64,000 nucleotides of DNA from Octopus vulgaris (GCA_951406725.2 OX597825.1:73718001-73782000), one strand, 5' to 3'; positions 42,224-55,561 are shown, numbered from the stretch's first letter. Numbers and translations: made by a program. The notes: generated by a model not told the origin, from the letters alone.

Positions 42224-43074
42224 GTACTGTTGCTGAATATCTCACGTTGTGAGATTTAAAAATAGTAATTTTCCCATTTCCATTTTGTTAAGCACGTCAA
42301 TATATCGTTTCCCTTTCTCAACCCATATAGCTATCACGCCATCTTCTATAAAAAATGTTCCTGTAAAGCCATCGTTTGATATACTTGAATAACTAGACTA
42401 TGCAATCGCGATTAAATCACCATTTTGCAAAACAGAAGTGCATATTGAATAATGTAATCCTATATAGACTACATAATTTCCTATCTGTTGGATAATATAA
42501 CAGAATATAACAGTTTTGTATCTGAGAAAATGATTGTGGGTTTGATAGATAGTCCATATCATTGAACAAACATTTACCAATTCCTTTTTAAATAACGAGA
42601 ACTAGGTTTTTTTAAAAATGTATTTTGTTTTCTTCCGTGCAGTTGATAATATCTCTCTTAAAAGAATAACTTAACATTTTCTGAACATATCCCGTTACGC
42701 AAATACTCGAACTTACATTGATAAATGTATTTTATTCCTATGAAATTAGATCAGCAGTATGATAAATAAAGCGATTCACTGAAACAGTTTGAACGCATTC
42801 GAGATGGATGTGATTCGACAGTGTTTAAACATTTGTACAACTTCGTAACAATACTATGAATTTGCAGACGACCACAACTTTCTAAAGATGATTGATATAC
42901 ATTTGATTAAATCCAACTCATTACACGTTATTATCGATCCCACTTACTTGCTTTTATCAACACTATCAAATAGAAGGCATCTGTCTTTCTCTTTCTCATG
43001 TCTTCTCATTCCGTCTGACTGTCTCACTCTATATATTAGCACGCATGTATATATATATATATATATATATATAT

Positions 43075-43365
<291 letters not shown>

Positions 43366-44814
43366 GTATACGTATATGTGTGTGCGTATCTCTGTGTGTA
43401 TGTATGTATGCGTGTGTTTTCTTGTTACAATGAGTCCAACAAAAGCCATTTTGTTCCATCTGGTACATGCATAGATAAAAGATATTCAGATGGGTACAAA
43501 GAGACAAATGTAAGGATATTGGCTACGATATGGATATTGGTATGCCAAAGGGATATATGTGATGAACCTGGTAGTAATGATAATGGAAGCTTATATGTGT
43601 TTGAATGTATATAGTATAATACATACGAATATATTATTTATCAATATTTAGATAATCAGCGTGATATCGCTATCACTAATTTTGAAAAAAAACCAAAAAA
43701 ACTTACACGTCATATACAGGCATTCCTACAATTCAACATATGCAGGTAGAAAAATGGATCTTAATTCATGCTTATTTGTCGTATGGGGAAACTAATAGGT
43801 GGAATGTCCAACGGAATATCCTGTTAGCAAATATATAAATTATATATTTGATATATCACTGTAAATTATATTCCTCTACAATTTAGCAGCGAGTTCCCTT
43901 ATTCTTAATATTACCCTAAATTTACAACACACACACACAAACACACACACACCCTCCCTCTCTCCCTCTCTCTCTCTCACACAAAGATACGCATATATCC
44001 ACAAACAACAAAATTAACAAATGTGCATATCTATATATATATCTCTACATACATACATGTATATAAACATATATATACATACATATATATACGTACGCAC
44101 ACACACACACAAACACACATATATATATAGTCACATGCACACACATATACATAAGTGGAACAGAAAGTGCGTAAGGAAGTAAAATGAAAATGAGAGGTAA
44201 GATGATGTCTTTAACACTTTCCTGGCAAAGGAATAGTTAAACATAAAGTGAGGCCTCGAAAATTCACTAAGAATATAGAGATAGAGAAAACTTCCATAAT
44301 AATGATAATTACATGTAAATCATCCAATTTTAAAAAATAATTTTGCAATATTTTTTGGTAATGCATTATTATCACTTTAATTAAATTGTTAGAACTGCCA
44401 TTAAACCTTTCGCGCTATCTGCAAAGGCGAGTCCAATCGATTTACTGTCATCACTCTTAAATATGGTAGTATATGGAAGGCATAATCGTGCTTATGATGG
44501 AATAATTTTGGTCATTAGATACTTTCATTATTGAATGTCAAAATTAAATTAAATAATAATCGATAGAGATAATACAAATTAGAACTTATGGAGTTGGACG
44601 CCATCACACGGAAATTGGTGTTGAAATATTGTAAAATACATCAAGGATTCAAGCAGAAAATCGACCCCCCGTAAACTCAAAACTAACATGGTTTGGCGAA
44701 AATGTGTCACGAATGAAGTTTTGCTGCCTAGTTTTCATCGCCGTCGTCATGCTTGTATTGGAAGAAGAAAATTAATTCAAATAGAGAAGCATTTAAGCAA
44801 CAGAAACATTTATC

Positions 44815-45071
44815 TTTTTTATCAGTCGACTGCGGCAATACTGGAGCACCAACTTGAAGTGTTTAGTCGAACAAACTGGTCCCGGTACTTATTTGAAAAC
44901 CTAGTATTTTTTCTATCGGTGTCTTTTTGCCGAACAGCAACAAAGTTACTGGACTTAAACAACACAGTGCATGCTCCAAATTCAATGGTCGAAGACAAAA
45001 ACAAACAAACGGTGGCACACATACAGACACACACATGCACATACACATACGAACACACACATACACACACG

Positions 45072-45112
<41 letters not shown>

Positions 45113-45166
45113 GCACACACATATATATAGTAAAATAATAAAAAGAAAGTTCTTGGTAGCTCATTC

Positions 45167-45234
<68 letters not shown>

Positions 45235-45388
45235 TTATTTATACGACACCAATTTCTTTCACTTTCTATCAATCAAATCCACTCACAAGGCCCGAGAGCA
45301 TACAAGACATATGCCCGAGTTGTCACGTGTTAGTGAGCCTGAAACCATGTGGCTGGGAATCGAACTTCTTAATACACAGCCACGCTTT
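44815..45388 (-). mobile_element. SINE family B, degraded, with expanded internal microsatellite
   Basis: 3' arm ~44815-45010 and 5' arm ~45243-45388 flank (CA)n/(TA)n. Confidence 0.7.
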
Positions 45389-45475
45389 CAAAGTACACAA
45401 TTACCCACCGGCCTGACTCCTTACTGAACATGTTCATTGCAATATACGTGTGTAATGGCTTGCTACCAGCCTGCA

Positions 45476-45680
45476 TTGGCAGAAACGTTAGCACGCTGGG
45501 CGAAATGCTTAGCGGTATTTCGTTTGTCTTTACGTTCTGAGTTCAAGTTCCGCCAAGGTTGACTTTGCCTTTCATCCTTTCAGGGTCGATAAATGAAGTA
45601 CCAGTTGTATACTGGGGTCGATCTAATCGACTGGCACCCTTCCCCAAAATTTCAGGCCTTGTGCCTAGAGTAGAAAAGAA
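45476..45680 (+). mobile_element. SINE family A (tail variant)
   Basis: Family-A head and core; tail 'ccccaaaatttcaggccttgtgcctagagtagaaaag'. Confidence 0.88.
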
Positions 45681-46325
45681 TATATAGTGCGCTTATCTGA
45701 AGTAATCTCGTTATAGACTCCTTGGGTAACAATGGGGATAATATTGTGTAAATTAGTAGACCCAAATTCAGCAGAAAAGTTAGTATGTACTTTGAAATAT
45801 TTAATTACGTTTTTATAGCTTGAGACTTTGAAAAGTTTAGAAAGGTATTATGAAATGAGTTGAACGTCCTTTAGAATCCGTAATGCTGAAATGATTTGAA
45901 AGCAGTAATGTATTTTTGGATATGAAATGATATTTCCGAATAAGTAATAACATTTTCTGAAATAATCTGATTGTGATAATCTGGGTTTCAACGTATATTG
46001 TATTTTGAAACGACTTCACTGTAATAATACACTTCGGATATAATTTACTGCGATATAAAATGTAAAACGCATTTTCTTCTCCTTTTTCTATGTGTGTGCG
46101 TGTATGTTTTTCTCTTGTTGACACCCACATACATAGGTAAACACAGTGACATGTGTGTTTACATCCATGCAGACTATACGTAGACACACCGGCATGCGCA
46201 CACATGCGGGCACACGTAGGTATACTGCTGCTCTTACAATCCTAAAGCTAAGAGCAAAAGACAACTTACAGCGTTCGCAATGATCTTTTTTGAGATGAAT
46301 AAATAAAGCATTGCCGTTGTAGCTT

Positions 46326-46545
46326 ACAAGGGGCTAAACACAGAGGGGACAAACAAGGACAGACAAACGGGTTAAGTCGATTACATCGATCCCAGTGCGT
46401 AACTGGTACTTAATTTATCGACCCCGAAAGGATGAAAGGCAAAGTCGACCTCGGCGGAATTTGAACTCAGAACGTAGCGGCAGACGAAATACGGCTACGT
46501 ATTTCGCCCGACGTGCTAACGTTTCTGCCAGCTCACCGCCTTTCA
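46326..46545 (-). mobile_element. SINE family A with 35-bp flanking duplication
   Basis: 'tgagatgaataaata(a/t)agcattgccgttgtagctt' at 46291-46325 and 46546-46580. Confidence 0.92.
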
Positions 46546-46701
46546 TGAGATGAATAAATATAGCATTGCCGTTGTAGCTTCTAGTGACTGAGGATAGAGC
46601 AGCACCATACCAGATAATGAATGTGGCCACGTATACACAGCATTGTTACTTCAGAACATATATTCAGGCTTTAACCAAACAACAAATTTGAACAGACCGT
46701 A

Positions 46702-46892
46702 AGCGTAGGGGTGGCTGTGTGGTAAGTAGCTTGCTTACCAACCATATGGTTCCGGGTCAAATTCCACCGAGGGCAACTTTCATCCTTTTGGGGAGGTTAA
46801 TGGAATAAGTACCTGTCAGGCAATGGGATGGATGTAATCGTCTGTCTCCTCCTTCCTCCAAATTTTAGACCTTGTGCTTATAGTAGAAAGGC
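46702..46892 (+). mobile_element. Chimeric SINE: family B head plus family A body
   Basis: 'ggtggctgtgtggtaagtagcttgcttaccaaccatatggttccggg' (B) joined to 'tcaaattccaccgagg...tttcatccttttgggg...ccttgtgcttatagtagaaagg' (A). Confidence 0.7.
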
Positions 46893-46909
46893 CTATAAAC
46901 CGTATGACG

Positions 46910-47140
46910 CTTATATGGCTCGGACGGTTTGACAGGAGCCGGACAGGTAGAAGACTACTTCAGGCTACGGTGTGTGTTTTGGTAGAGTTTTCAAGGTTAC
47001 ACCACTGAGAGGGCTGAGTACTTTTTACATGGCACCAGCAGAGGCGAGATCAGCTTTGGCATGGTTTTTACAGCTGGATACCATTCCAAATACTAACCAT
47101 TTTACAGTGTGGACAGGATGCTTCTTACGAGTTACCAGTG
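46910..47140 (-). mobile_element. RTE-tailed SINE fragment
   Basis: 'ggacggtttgacagg...ggcatggtttttacagctggata...' homologous to 4095-4280. Confidence 0.65.
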
Positions 47141-47154
47141 CAAACACAGACACA

Positions 47155-47236
<82 letters not shown>

Positions 47237-47242
47237 CATATA

Positions 47243-47408
47243 TACGACGGGCTTTTTTCAGTTTCTGTCTACCAAATCCACTCACAAGGTTTTGGTCGGC
47301 CCAAGGCTAAAGTAGAAGACACTTGCCCAAGGTGCCACGCAGTGGGACTGAACCCGGAACCATGTGGTCCGTAATCAAGCTACTTACCACACAGACACTC
47401 CTATGCCT
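47243..47408 (-). mobile_element. SINE family B 5' arm
   Basis: Reverse complement of the family-B head/body adjoining (TA)n(CA)n. Confidence 0.88.
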
Positions 47409-47410
47409 AT

Positions 47411-47465
47411 ATCCTTAAATCCTTAAAAATGTTTTAGCCCGAAGGCCGCGGCCATGCTGGGGCAC
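47411..47465 (-). mobile_element. Extreme 3' tip of the LINE seen at 33741-33968
   Basis: Minus strand 'gtgccccagcatggccgcggccttcgggctaaaacatttttaaggatttaaggat'. Confidence 0.8.
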
Positions 47466-47654
47466 AAAAAAGGGCTTTGAAGAAAACTTAACTGCTATAT
47501 TTAGTTGGTCGATCGAGCTCAGAGAAGCTGCTTCATTAGTTAATGTGAACTTTAGCTCAAGTTTCGTTTTTACAGCGGTTAGAATGCAAACCGTTCGTAT
47601 AGCAATTTGTGGTGGAATATTTCTTTTGGCAACGATCTCCATCACGGCCAATCT

Positions 47655-47944
47655 TACGATGATGACAATGACGATGATGATACTGATGAGGGTTATGATG
47701 CTGATGACGATGATGATGATGATGATGATGTGGTTAATGAGTTTAATAATGATGGTAAAGACTGTAATTTGGACGAGGAAGATGACGACGACGATGATGA
47801 TGATGATAAAGAAATTGGCGGTGGCGATGATAAAAATGCTTGCGACGCCTCCCTGGCTGCTGCTGATAGTGATGATGATGACGACGACGACAACGATGAT
47901 TGCGAAGATGGTGACGACGACAACGACGGTGATGAGGATTAGTA

Positions 47945-47992
<48 letters not shown>

Positions 47993-48140
47993 AATTGACA
48001 GATAACATTTTGGTCTTGTTATTAACCGGATGATTATGGTGGTGAGACCCGGTAGCCGTGATGGGTCACAACGACGACGACAACGATGACAACGACAACG
48101 ATGACAACGACAATGATGATGATGATTGTGATGATAATAC

Positions 48141-48214
<74 letters not shown>

Positions 48215-48441
48215 ATAATGATGATAATGCTGATGGTGATGATGATGATCTACTTAGTGTTGATGTTTGTTTTTTGCTTAAAAAAAAAGATTGGCATTTC
48301 ATTAAAACTGTCATGAAAAAATGCAAATTTCCTTAAAAGTTTGGACATCAGCAACATCTTTCTTTTTCTCAATCATCATTAATTTAATATTCCTCCTCTT
48401 CCTCCTCCTCCTCCTCCTCTCCACTATCACCACCACATCAC

Positions 48442-48513
<72 letters not shown>

Positions 48514-48960
48514 TACCAAAACGACGGCGACGAGCAGGACCACCATCATGGTCATCATCATCATCATCATCACCACCAATACCACCATCACCATGATAAT
48601 GATTATAATAATGATGATGATGATGATGACGACCATCACCATGATGATGATGATGATCATCATCATCATCATAACCATCATCATTATTATCCTCATCTTC
48701 ATGATGGTGATGATGGCGGTGGTGGTCGTAGTGGCAATCATCATTACCATTATACTCATCATCATCATCATTGTCATCGTCACAATCGCTGGGATTATCA
48801 TCATCATAATGTTCGTTGTTCACATCCTCATCACATTACACACCAACATTACCGTCATCATCATAAACAACATCATCCTCTTCATCTATGTACATATCAT
48901 TACCAACAGCATCAGCATCAGCATCAACAACAGCAGCATCAGCAGCAGTAGAAGCTATAA
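47655..48960. repeat. Degenerate (GAT)n / (CAT)n trinucleotide region with strand switches
   Basis: GAT-rich 47655-48250, CAT-rich 48370-48960 with embedded GAT runs. Confidence 0.95.
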
Positions 48961-49400
48961 CAACTTCAGTAATTGCATAGTCATTTGCCGCACACTGATG
49001 GTTGCAGTCTGGCAATGTTACTATATCTAGACATTATATAAATGACTCAGTGAGTAGATACATCAAATTGGTGTTATTGAAACATATAATCATTGAAGCA
49101 GGGATGGTCACGTCTGGTATGGAACTGTTAATCGGTCTAGAGAACTAAACAACAACAACAACAACAACAGCAGCAACATAAACGTTATTATAATCTCGTG
49201 ACAAATGAATGCGTGTGTGGGGAAGAAGTTAAAAAGTGATTTAAGGAGGATGTGACTGATATTTCTGTGGGGTCGCCCGATAGCATAAAAATGTACCTCG
49301 TTAGTTTTAGAATAGTAATAGGCAACCTGGGGCCCGCAAGACCTTTTGAAAGAATGACACGCCTAACAAAAAATTACCTTCATTTTTTTTCTTTTTAGTA

Positions 49401-49547
49401 GTGCGCCAGTCTTTGTGGCGAAGTCCCACACGATCTTGCTATTCTCATTTTCCATCACATCCTCTGGTTGGTGTTCTTCTCAACACTCGGCTAATATCCC
49501 CATGCAGTCTACTATCCCCATGCTTACACAGTCATGTCTGCGCTTAT
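49401..49547 (-). pseudogene. R4/Dong-like (RLE) non-LTR retrotransposon fragment
   Basis: One minus frame: 'KRRHDCVSMG...EC*EEHQPEDVMENENSKIVWDFATKT', matching RHD...W.EH.P..V.EN...K..WDF of RLE LINEs; the stop lies where Trp is expected. Confidence 0.75.
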
Positions 49548-49579
49548 CATCATCATCATCATCATTATTATTACTATTA

Positions 49580-49632
<53 letters not shown>

Positions 49633-49934
49633 GTTATTATTATTTTCCCTTCTTTCTTCAAAATTACTTCCATTTCTCGCCGAGTGTTTTCCGTACACCT
49701 AGGATAGAGAAGCTCATTGTATGCACTCCCAGATTACACACGCAAATTGACAGGTAAAATAAGTATTTAAAAAGATTAATAAATAAATAAATTCATGAAT
49801 GGATGTTGTTTTCACAGCGATAATGCTCTTCTCAGTAAATGAGTCGTTCCAGTTAACACGATTTTTGCACATCCTGTAGGGATGGTAAGCCTGGAATCAT
49901 TATTATTATTATTATTATTACTATTATTATTATT

Positions 49935-49973
<39 letters not shown>

Positions 49974-50322
49974 GCTGTTGTTGTTATCGATCATAAATCT
50001 TAATCAAATACGAGTAAGAGAGACAACATCTTACATAGCGATATAATCATATTTGATATCTTTACCTTAACTAAATATATCAAATGTCAACAGGAAGATA
50101 AAGGATATCTAGAAAACTATGGCAGTGCGTGTGTGTGTTCACGCGCCTGCGCGTCTGTGTGTGTATGTGTGTGTATGTGTGTGTATATGTGTGTGTATAC
50201 ATACATTCACAGACAAATACATACACACATACACATATACATATTTATACATATATTAACATACGCATACGCATACTATATGTTTGTATATATGTATTAG
50301 CATATGTATGTATGTATGTATG

Positions 50323-50397
<75 letters not shown>

Positions 50398-50600
50398 CAC
50401 TAGAAATTCTAAACTAAGGCTTATAGCGCTATTGTTGTAATTGCAGGCTTTGAATGTTAACATGGGGGGATCCCTTCAGAGTTGTACTAACAGCACTTTG
50501 GTATTTCAATGTATATATATAATTATATATATATATATATATATAATCGCCATGTTGATTATATATATAATTATATATATATAATTATATATATATATAT

Positions 50601-50843
50601 AATCGCCATGTTGATTCGCTAGCTTTTGCACGCATATTTTTTTCTCTCCTTCTTTCTGTGTTTTTTTCTCTGTGTATCTTTCTGCTGAAGAGCCTAGGCT
50701 CGAAACGTTAAAGACTTGCTTCATTTATATTTCCTGAGCGCCATACTAATACAATTGTTTGTTTGTATTCCACCTGCCTTCGTCTTTTGTTTATTTCCGT
50801 AAACCTGCCTTCGTCTTTTGTCTATTTTCATAAAGCTTACCCT
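50601..50843 (+). mobile_element. Penelope-like pseudo-LTR fragment (family F1) with hammerhead-like motif
   Basis: tcttt-CTGCTGA-A-GAGC-ctag-GCTC-GAAAC-GTT-aaaga at 50677-50714 with a perfect 5-bp stem I; (TA)n flanks. Confidence 0.65.
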
Positions 50844-50899
50844 TATATATATATATGCATGTATAAAAAACATATAGCTATGTATTTGCATATCTATCT

Positions 50900-51225
50900 A
50901 TCTATCAAAGATGTGAGCTAAGTCAACCCCCAACATCGGGGTTTCGAGCAAGCAGTAAGCCACGCTAGCAAAAAGCTGTTCCACTAAATGGAAACCTTCC
51001 CTCTCATTCTGGTTTTGTGACATGAAGCAAAGCAGGCCTTGCCGTACACTCAAGACAACACATAATAAATGATCCACAATCACTCAGGCTAAGTGAGATC
51101 TCCATTTGCCTAAAGGCTTGCAAGGCACCAGCAGGCCTCAACAGGCACATGCGTGTCTATAGAACATGATTACCGCTTTATTTTACTGAACCTTCATTTG
51201 TCGCTGACGACGAGAGAATCTATCA
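50900..51225 (+). pseudogene. RTE-clade LINE 3' end relic
   Basis: Encodes 'SICLKACKAPAGLNRHMRV', resembling the C-terminal C2H2 finger (CxxCxxxCxSxxGLxxHxR) of RTE ORFs. Confidence 0.5.
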
Positions 51226-52095
51226 TATATCTGTATGTGTGTATGTGTGTGTGTGTGTATCGTATTAACATCAAGCGTATTGGGTATTCGTTTTATGCAT
51301 TAATTCGTGTAGAATTTCTACATCCATTCTTTAAGGTATCATACATAAATATACTCTGTTGTTGACTGGTGCAAATAACACAGATACGTTCATATATATC
51401 TGTCAGAGTACAGGCATAACATTCAAGACATTATTGAGTGTTCTTCTCTTTAGAAGGGGTAAATGTTTAAACCCTTCTCATCGCGTAATCTAATTTGTGG
51501 TTGGCAGGCGATGATAGGGAAAATGTTATATATGAAATAAATGAAACCTAATATACGAAGCAATAACTTATTGCCTCGTGTATTAGGTTTCATCTGTTTA
51601 AATCATGTTATTGCTAACAGAAGTGGGTTAACACTTATCTTGCATATACCGAGTAGAATACAGACGAAATGAAAATGAAAGTAAGAATTTGCCGATTGGG
51701 TGATATAATCATGGTTCCTTTTAAAAGGAAATCCCTATTGTCCCATGAGCTACGCTTAGATTAACTTCGTTATTATAAGATTTTATAGTATTATTTTCCA
51801 ATCTTAAAGCATACACATCTCACCATCTCTCTAATTTCGAATAGCTGTGCAAATCTAAAAATTGTATCAAAGAAGCATGAAGATGCCAGGAAAATGGGAA
51901 GGAAGTACTCAATACATAGTGTAGTGCGTGTTATTTATGTAAAATGAATTTGAATTGTGTTATTTTTCTTCCGGCTTGAGTTTTACGGCACTGCAAATAT
52001 TTGAGATCGCCTGTTGATCACAGTGGCATGAAACTAGAGTAGTGAAAAAAAAGTTGTCTCTGCAATCATCCACACCACAAGAATTCACGCACATG

Positions 52096-52132
<37 letters not shown>

Positions 52133-53542
52133 GTCTATGTATATATGCATATGAATAAATACATGCATACATATACGCACATTATATATATACCTGTGTG
52201 TGTAGGCATGTGTATGGTTGTGTATTCCTGCTGAGAGTTGTGACACCGAATCTCACAACATATTTTATGGTCGCAAAACTGTTGAGGATACCATCACTTA
52301 GCCCTGTATTTGGCGTCTGCGTAACCGGCAATCTTCAATTTTAATCCCTGATAAAGAAACGCTCTACATTATTTACTCAGGTGGTGCTTATTTACAACTA
52401 GATAGACTGAGCTGTTGATTCGTCATAAAGTACTGCAAACAGGATAAGAACCACCACCTCTTCGATTGGCAGTTCTAATATTTAGCTAGAAGCTAATATA
52501 GAGCCGTAGCAAATTCATTGAACGAGATTTAGCTTAGAATCCTGAGTTTCGACTATTTACGTCTTGTAATTACATGTGTGGCTTCTGTAGAGATAAGAAA
52601 ATACTTTCAAACGAATTTGATTTACGGTGAAATCAGTAAATCCGTTTAGAAAACGCTGTAAATAGTTTTGCGGTGATTCCTTATTGAAACTAGCTTAACG
52701 ATATTCGAGATGCTGTTAACCATTTCCTTTTAATCCACGCTGCCTCTAAACACACGTAAAATATGAAAAACGTACCCGGATCAAGTAAATAGTTTTGCAT
52801 TCATATCTACAGCGCGCCATTTTCTGGAAATTCTAATTGTGTGTGCGTGTGTTTGAGTGTGTTGTCAATATAACAGATAGAACAAAGTTTTAATAATTCT
52901 TATTTAATTCTGGACTATTTCATACTTCAATCAAGTAGAAATAAATTTTTAGCAGTACTAGGCTTCCATTTCGTTAACAACATAACAAAATAATTTGGTT
53001 AAAAAAAGCTGTAAGGCTAATACATAAATACGAGAGATACTACCGATCACTTTAACGCTTAGAATCTATTCAGTTGTGTCTCTTTTCCTACGTTTATTGC
53101 TTATAGCAAGGACATTATTTTCATTTAACGAGTAGCAAAATTTATACATCCTCACCTCTCGCCGATTCAGTTATCACTGATGCGGGATAACACGGTACGC
53201 TTAATTGAGCAAAATGTGACGCTTACCTCGAATTGATATGTAATGACTCACTCAAAGATTCCGCGTGGGCCGCAAAAGCGCATCTCAGTAACCATCCACA
53301 ATGCCCTCCTACCCGGAATCCACTGATTATAAATTATCTTTACGTCACATTGGGTTTACGTACACGTAGCCATAATGTTCGATTATTCATTTATTATTGA
53401 TTCATTTAACACGGTGAATTTTTTAGAACCAAACACCAGTGATAAACGAGGACATATATAACCACGAAGCGAAGTGTTAGCATGTTCTAGATATTCATTA
53501 ATTGCATTATTATTATCTTAGTGGTTTCATTCAATGGGCTAC

Positions 53543-54687
53543 TACCTATTTCTTTATTACCCACAAGGGGCCAAACACGGAGGGAACAAACAAGGACAGA
53601 CATAGGTATTAAGTCGACCACATCGACCCCAGTGCGCAACTGGTACTTAATTTATCGACCCTGAAAGGATGAAAGGCAAAGTCGACCTCGGCGGAATTTG
53701 AACTCACAACGTAACGCAGACGAAATACCTATTTCTTTATTACCCACAAGGGGCCAAACACGGAGGGAACAAACAAGGACAGACATAGGTATTAAGTCGA
53801 TTACATCGACCCCAGTGCGTGACTGGTACTTAATTTATCGACCCCGAAAGGATGAAAGGCAAAGTCGACCTCGGCGGAATTTGAACTCACAACGTAACGC
53901 AGACGAAATACCTATTTCTTTATTACCCACAAGGGGCCAAACACGGAGGGAACAAACAAGGACAGACATAGGTATTAAGTCGATTACATCGACCCCAGTG
54001 CGTGACTGGTACTTAATTTATCGACCCCGAAAGGATGAAAGGCAAAGTCGACCTCGGCGGAATTTGAACTCACAACGTAACGCAGACGAAATACCTATTT
54101 CTTTATTACCCACAAGGGGCTAAACATAGAGGGGACAAACAAGGACAGACATAGGTATTAAGTCGATTACATCGACCCCAGTGCGTGACTGGTACTTAAT
54201 TTATCGACCCCGAAAGGATGAAAGGCAAAGTCGACCTCGGCGGAATTTGAACTCACAACGTAACGCAGACGAAATACCTATTTCTTTATTACCCACAAGG
54301 GGCCAAACACGGAGGGAACAAACAAGGACAGACATAGGTATTAAGTCGATTACATCGACCCCAGTGCGTGACTGGTACTTAATTTATCGACCCCGAAAGG
54401 ATGAAAGGCAAAGTCGACCTCGGCGGAATTTGAACTCACAACGTAACGCAGACGAAATACCTATTTCTTTATTACCCACAAGGGGCTAAACATAGAGGGG
54501 ACAAACAAGGACAGACATAGGTATTAAGTCGATTACATCGACCCCAGTGCGTGACTGGTACTTAATTTATCGACCCCGAAAGGATGAAAGGCAAAGTCGA
54601 CCTCGGCGGAATTTGAACTCACAACGTAACGCAGACGAAATAGCGCTAAGCACTTCGCCCGGCGTGCCAACGTTTCTGCCAGCTCGC
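53543..54687 (-). mobile_element. SINE family A hexamer (183-bp period) with 9-bp TSD
   Basis: Units start at 53543, 53726, 53909, 54092, 54275 and 54458; only the last carries the full head; 'gctactacc' at 53539-53547 and 54686-54694. Confidence 0.95.
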
Positions 54688-54884
54688 TACTACCGTTTGG
54701 GGACATGACCTTCTTGGGTTCTAATTTTGGTTTTTGTCCATCAAATCGATCATCCGGGCATATTTCGGTCTTTTGCTTGTTCTGTTGAAAAGTTATATTA
54801 CACGTTACATAAGAAACACCACATATAGATTTTCTGCCATTTTTGTTCTCAGATAATATCTGTTATGGATGTACTAAATTGAAA

Positions 54885-55050
54885 AATCACTCAGTCCACT
54901 GTGCGAGGAGGTTGGTGTTAGGAAGAGCATCCAGCAATAAAAACAATGCCAAAACAGACAGAGTAGCCTGGAGTAGTTTTCTAACTGGCCGACCCCTGTC
55001 AAACCGCCCAACCCATGCGAACATGGAAGACGGCCATTAAACGATGATTA
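54885..55050 (+). mobile_element. RTE-tailed SINE fragment
   Basis: 'ggttggtgttaggaagagcatccagc...ctgtcaaaccg..caacccatgc..catggaagacgg.cattaaacgatgat'. Confidence 0.7.
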
Positions 55051-55064
55051 TGTATGTATGTATG

Positions 55065-55120
<56 letters not shown>

Positions 55121-55132
55121 GTACATATATAC

Positions 55133-55188
<56 letters not shown>

Positions 55189-55524
55189 CGGAATTAGTCA
55201 GAAATGTCCCACCAGAGACCAGTGGAAATGTTGAATGCATTTCTGTTTCCTTGGGCGTCGTCAATAGCGCTTACTCACAGCCAACCACATGATTAGACGA
55301 AATCTGTGGTCACCGATAGAGCAAATCAGTGAATAAACAATTACTGATGTTATAAGTAGAGATGTGGGCAAATAAAATTCTGTTATATGTAACAGAAGTA
55401 GTATAAGATTAAAATAGTCATCTATATATCATACTTAATGGAAATATATCGTGAAAGGCAAATTACGGCGGTATTCCTCTATATATATACACACACACAC
55501 AAATATACATACAAATATAGACAT

Positions 55525-55561
<37 letters not shown>

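Noticed and set aside
44688-45416. 242-aa ORF
   Set aside because: Antisense read-through of a degraded SINE B and its microsatellite.
47545-49030. Poly-Asp/Met/His ORFs resembling acidic biomineral proteins
   Set aside because: Degenerate GAT/CAT repeats open in several frames on both strands; no signal peptide or coherent exon.
49310-49345. hAT-like terminal motif 'ggcaacctggggcccgc'
   Set aside because: No matching opposite end or 8-bp TSD found.
53543-54687. CRISPR-like or coding tandem array (141-aa and 102-aa ORFs)
   Set aside because: Units are whole near-identical SINE copies with no unique spacers; the 183-bp period is a multiple of three, which explains the ORFs.
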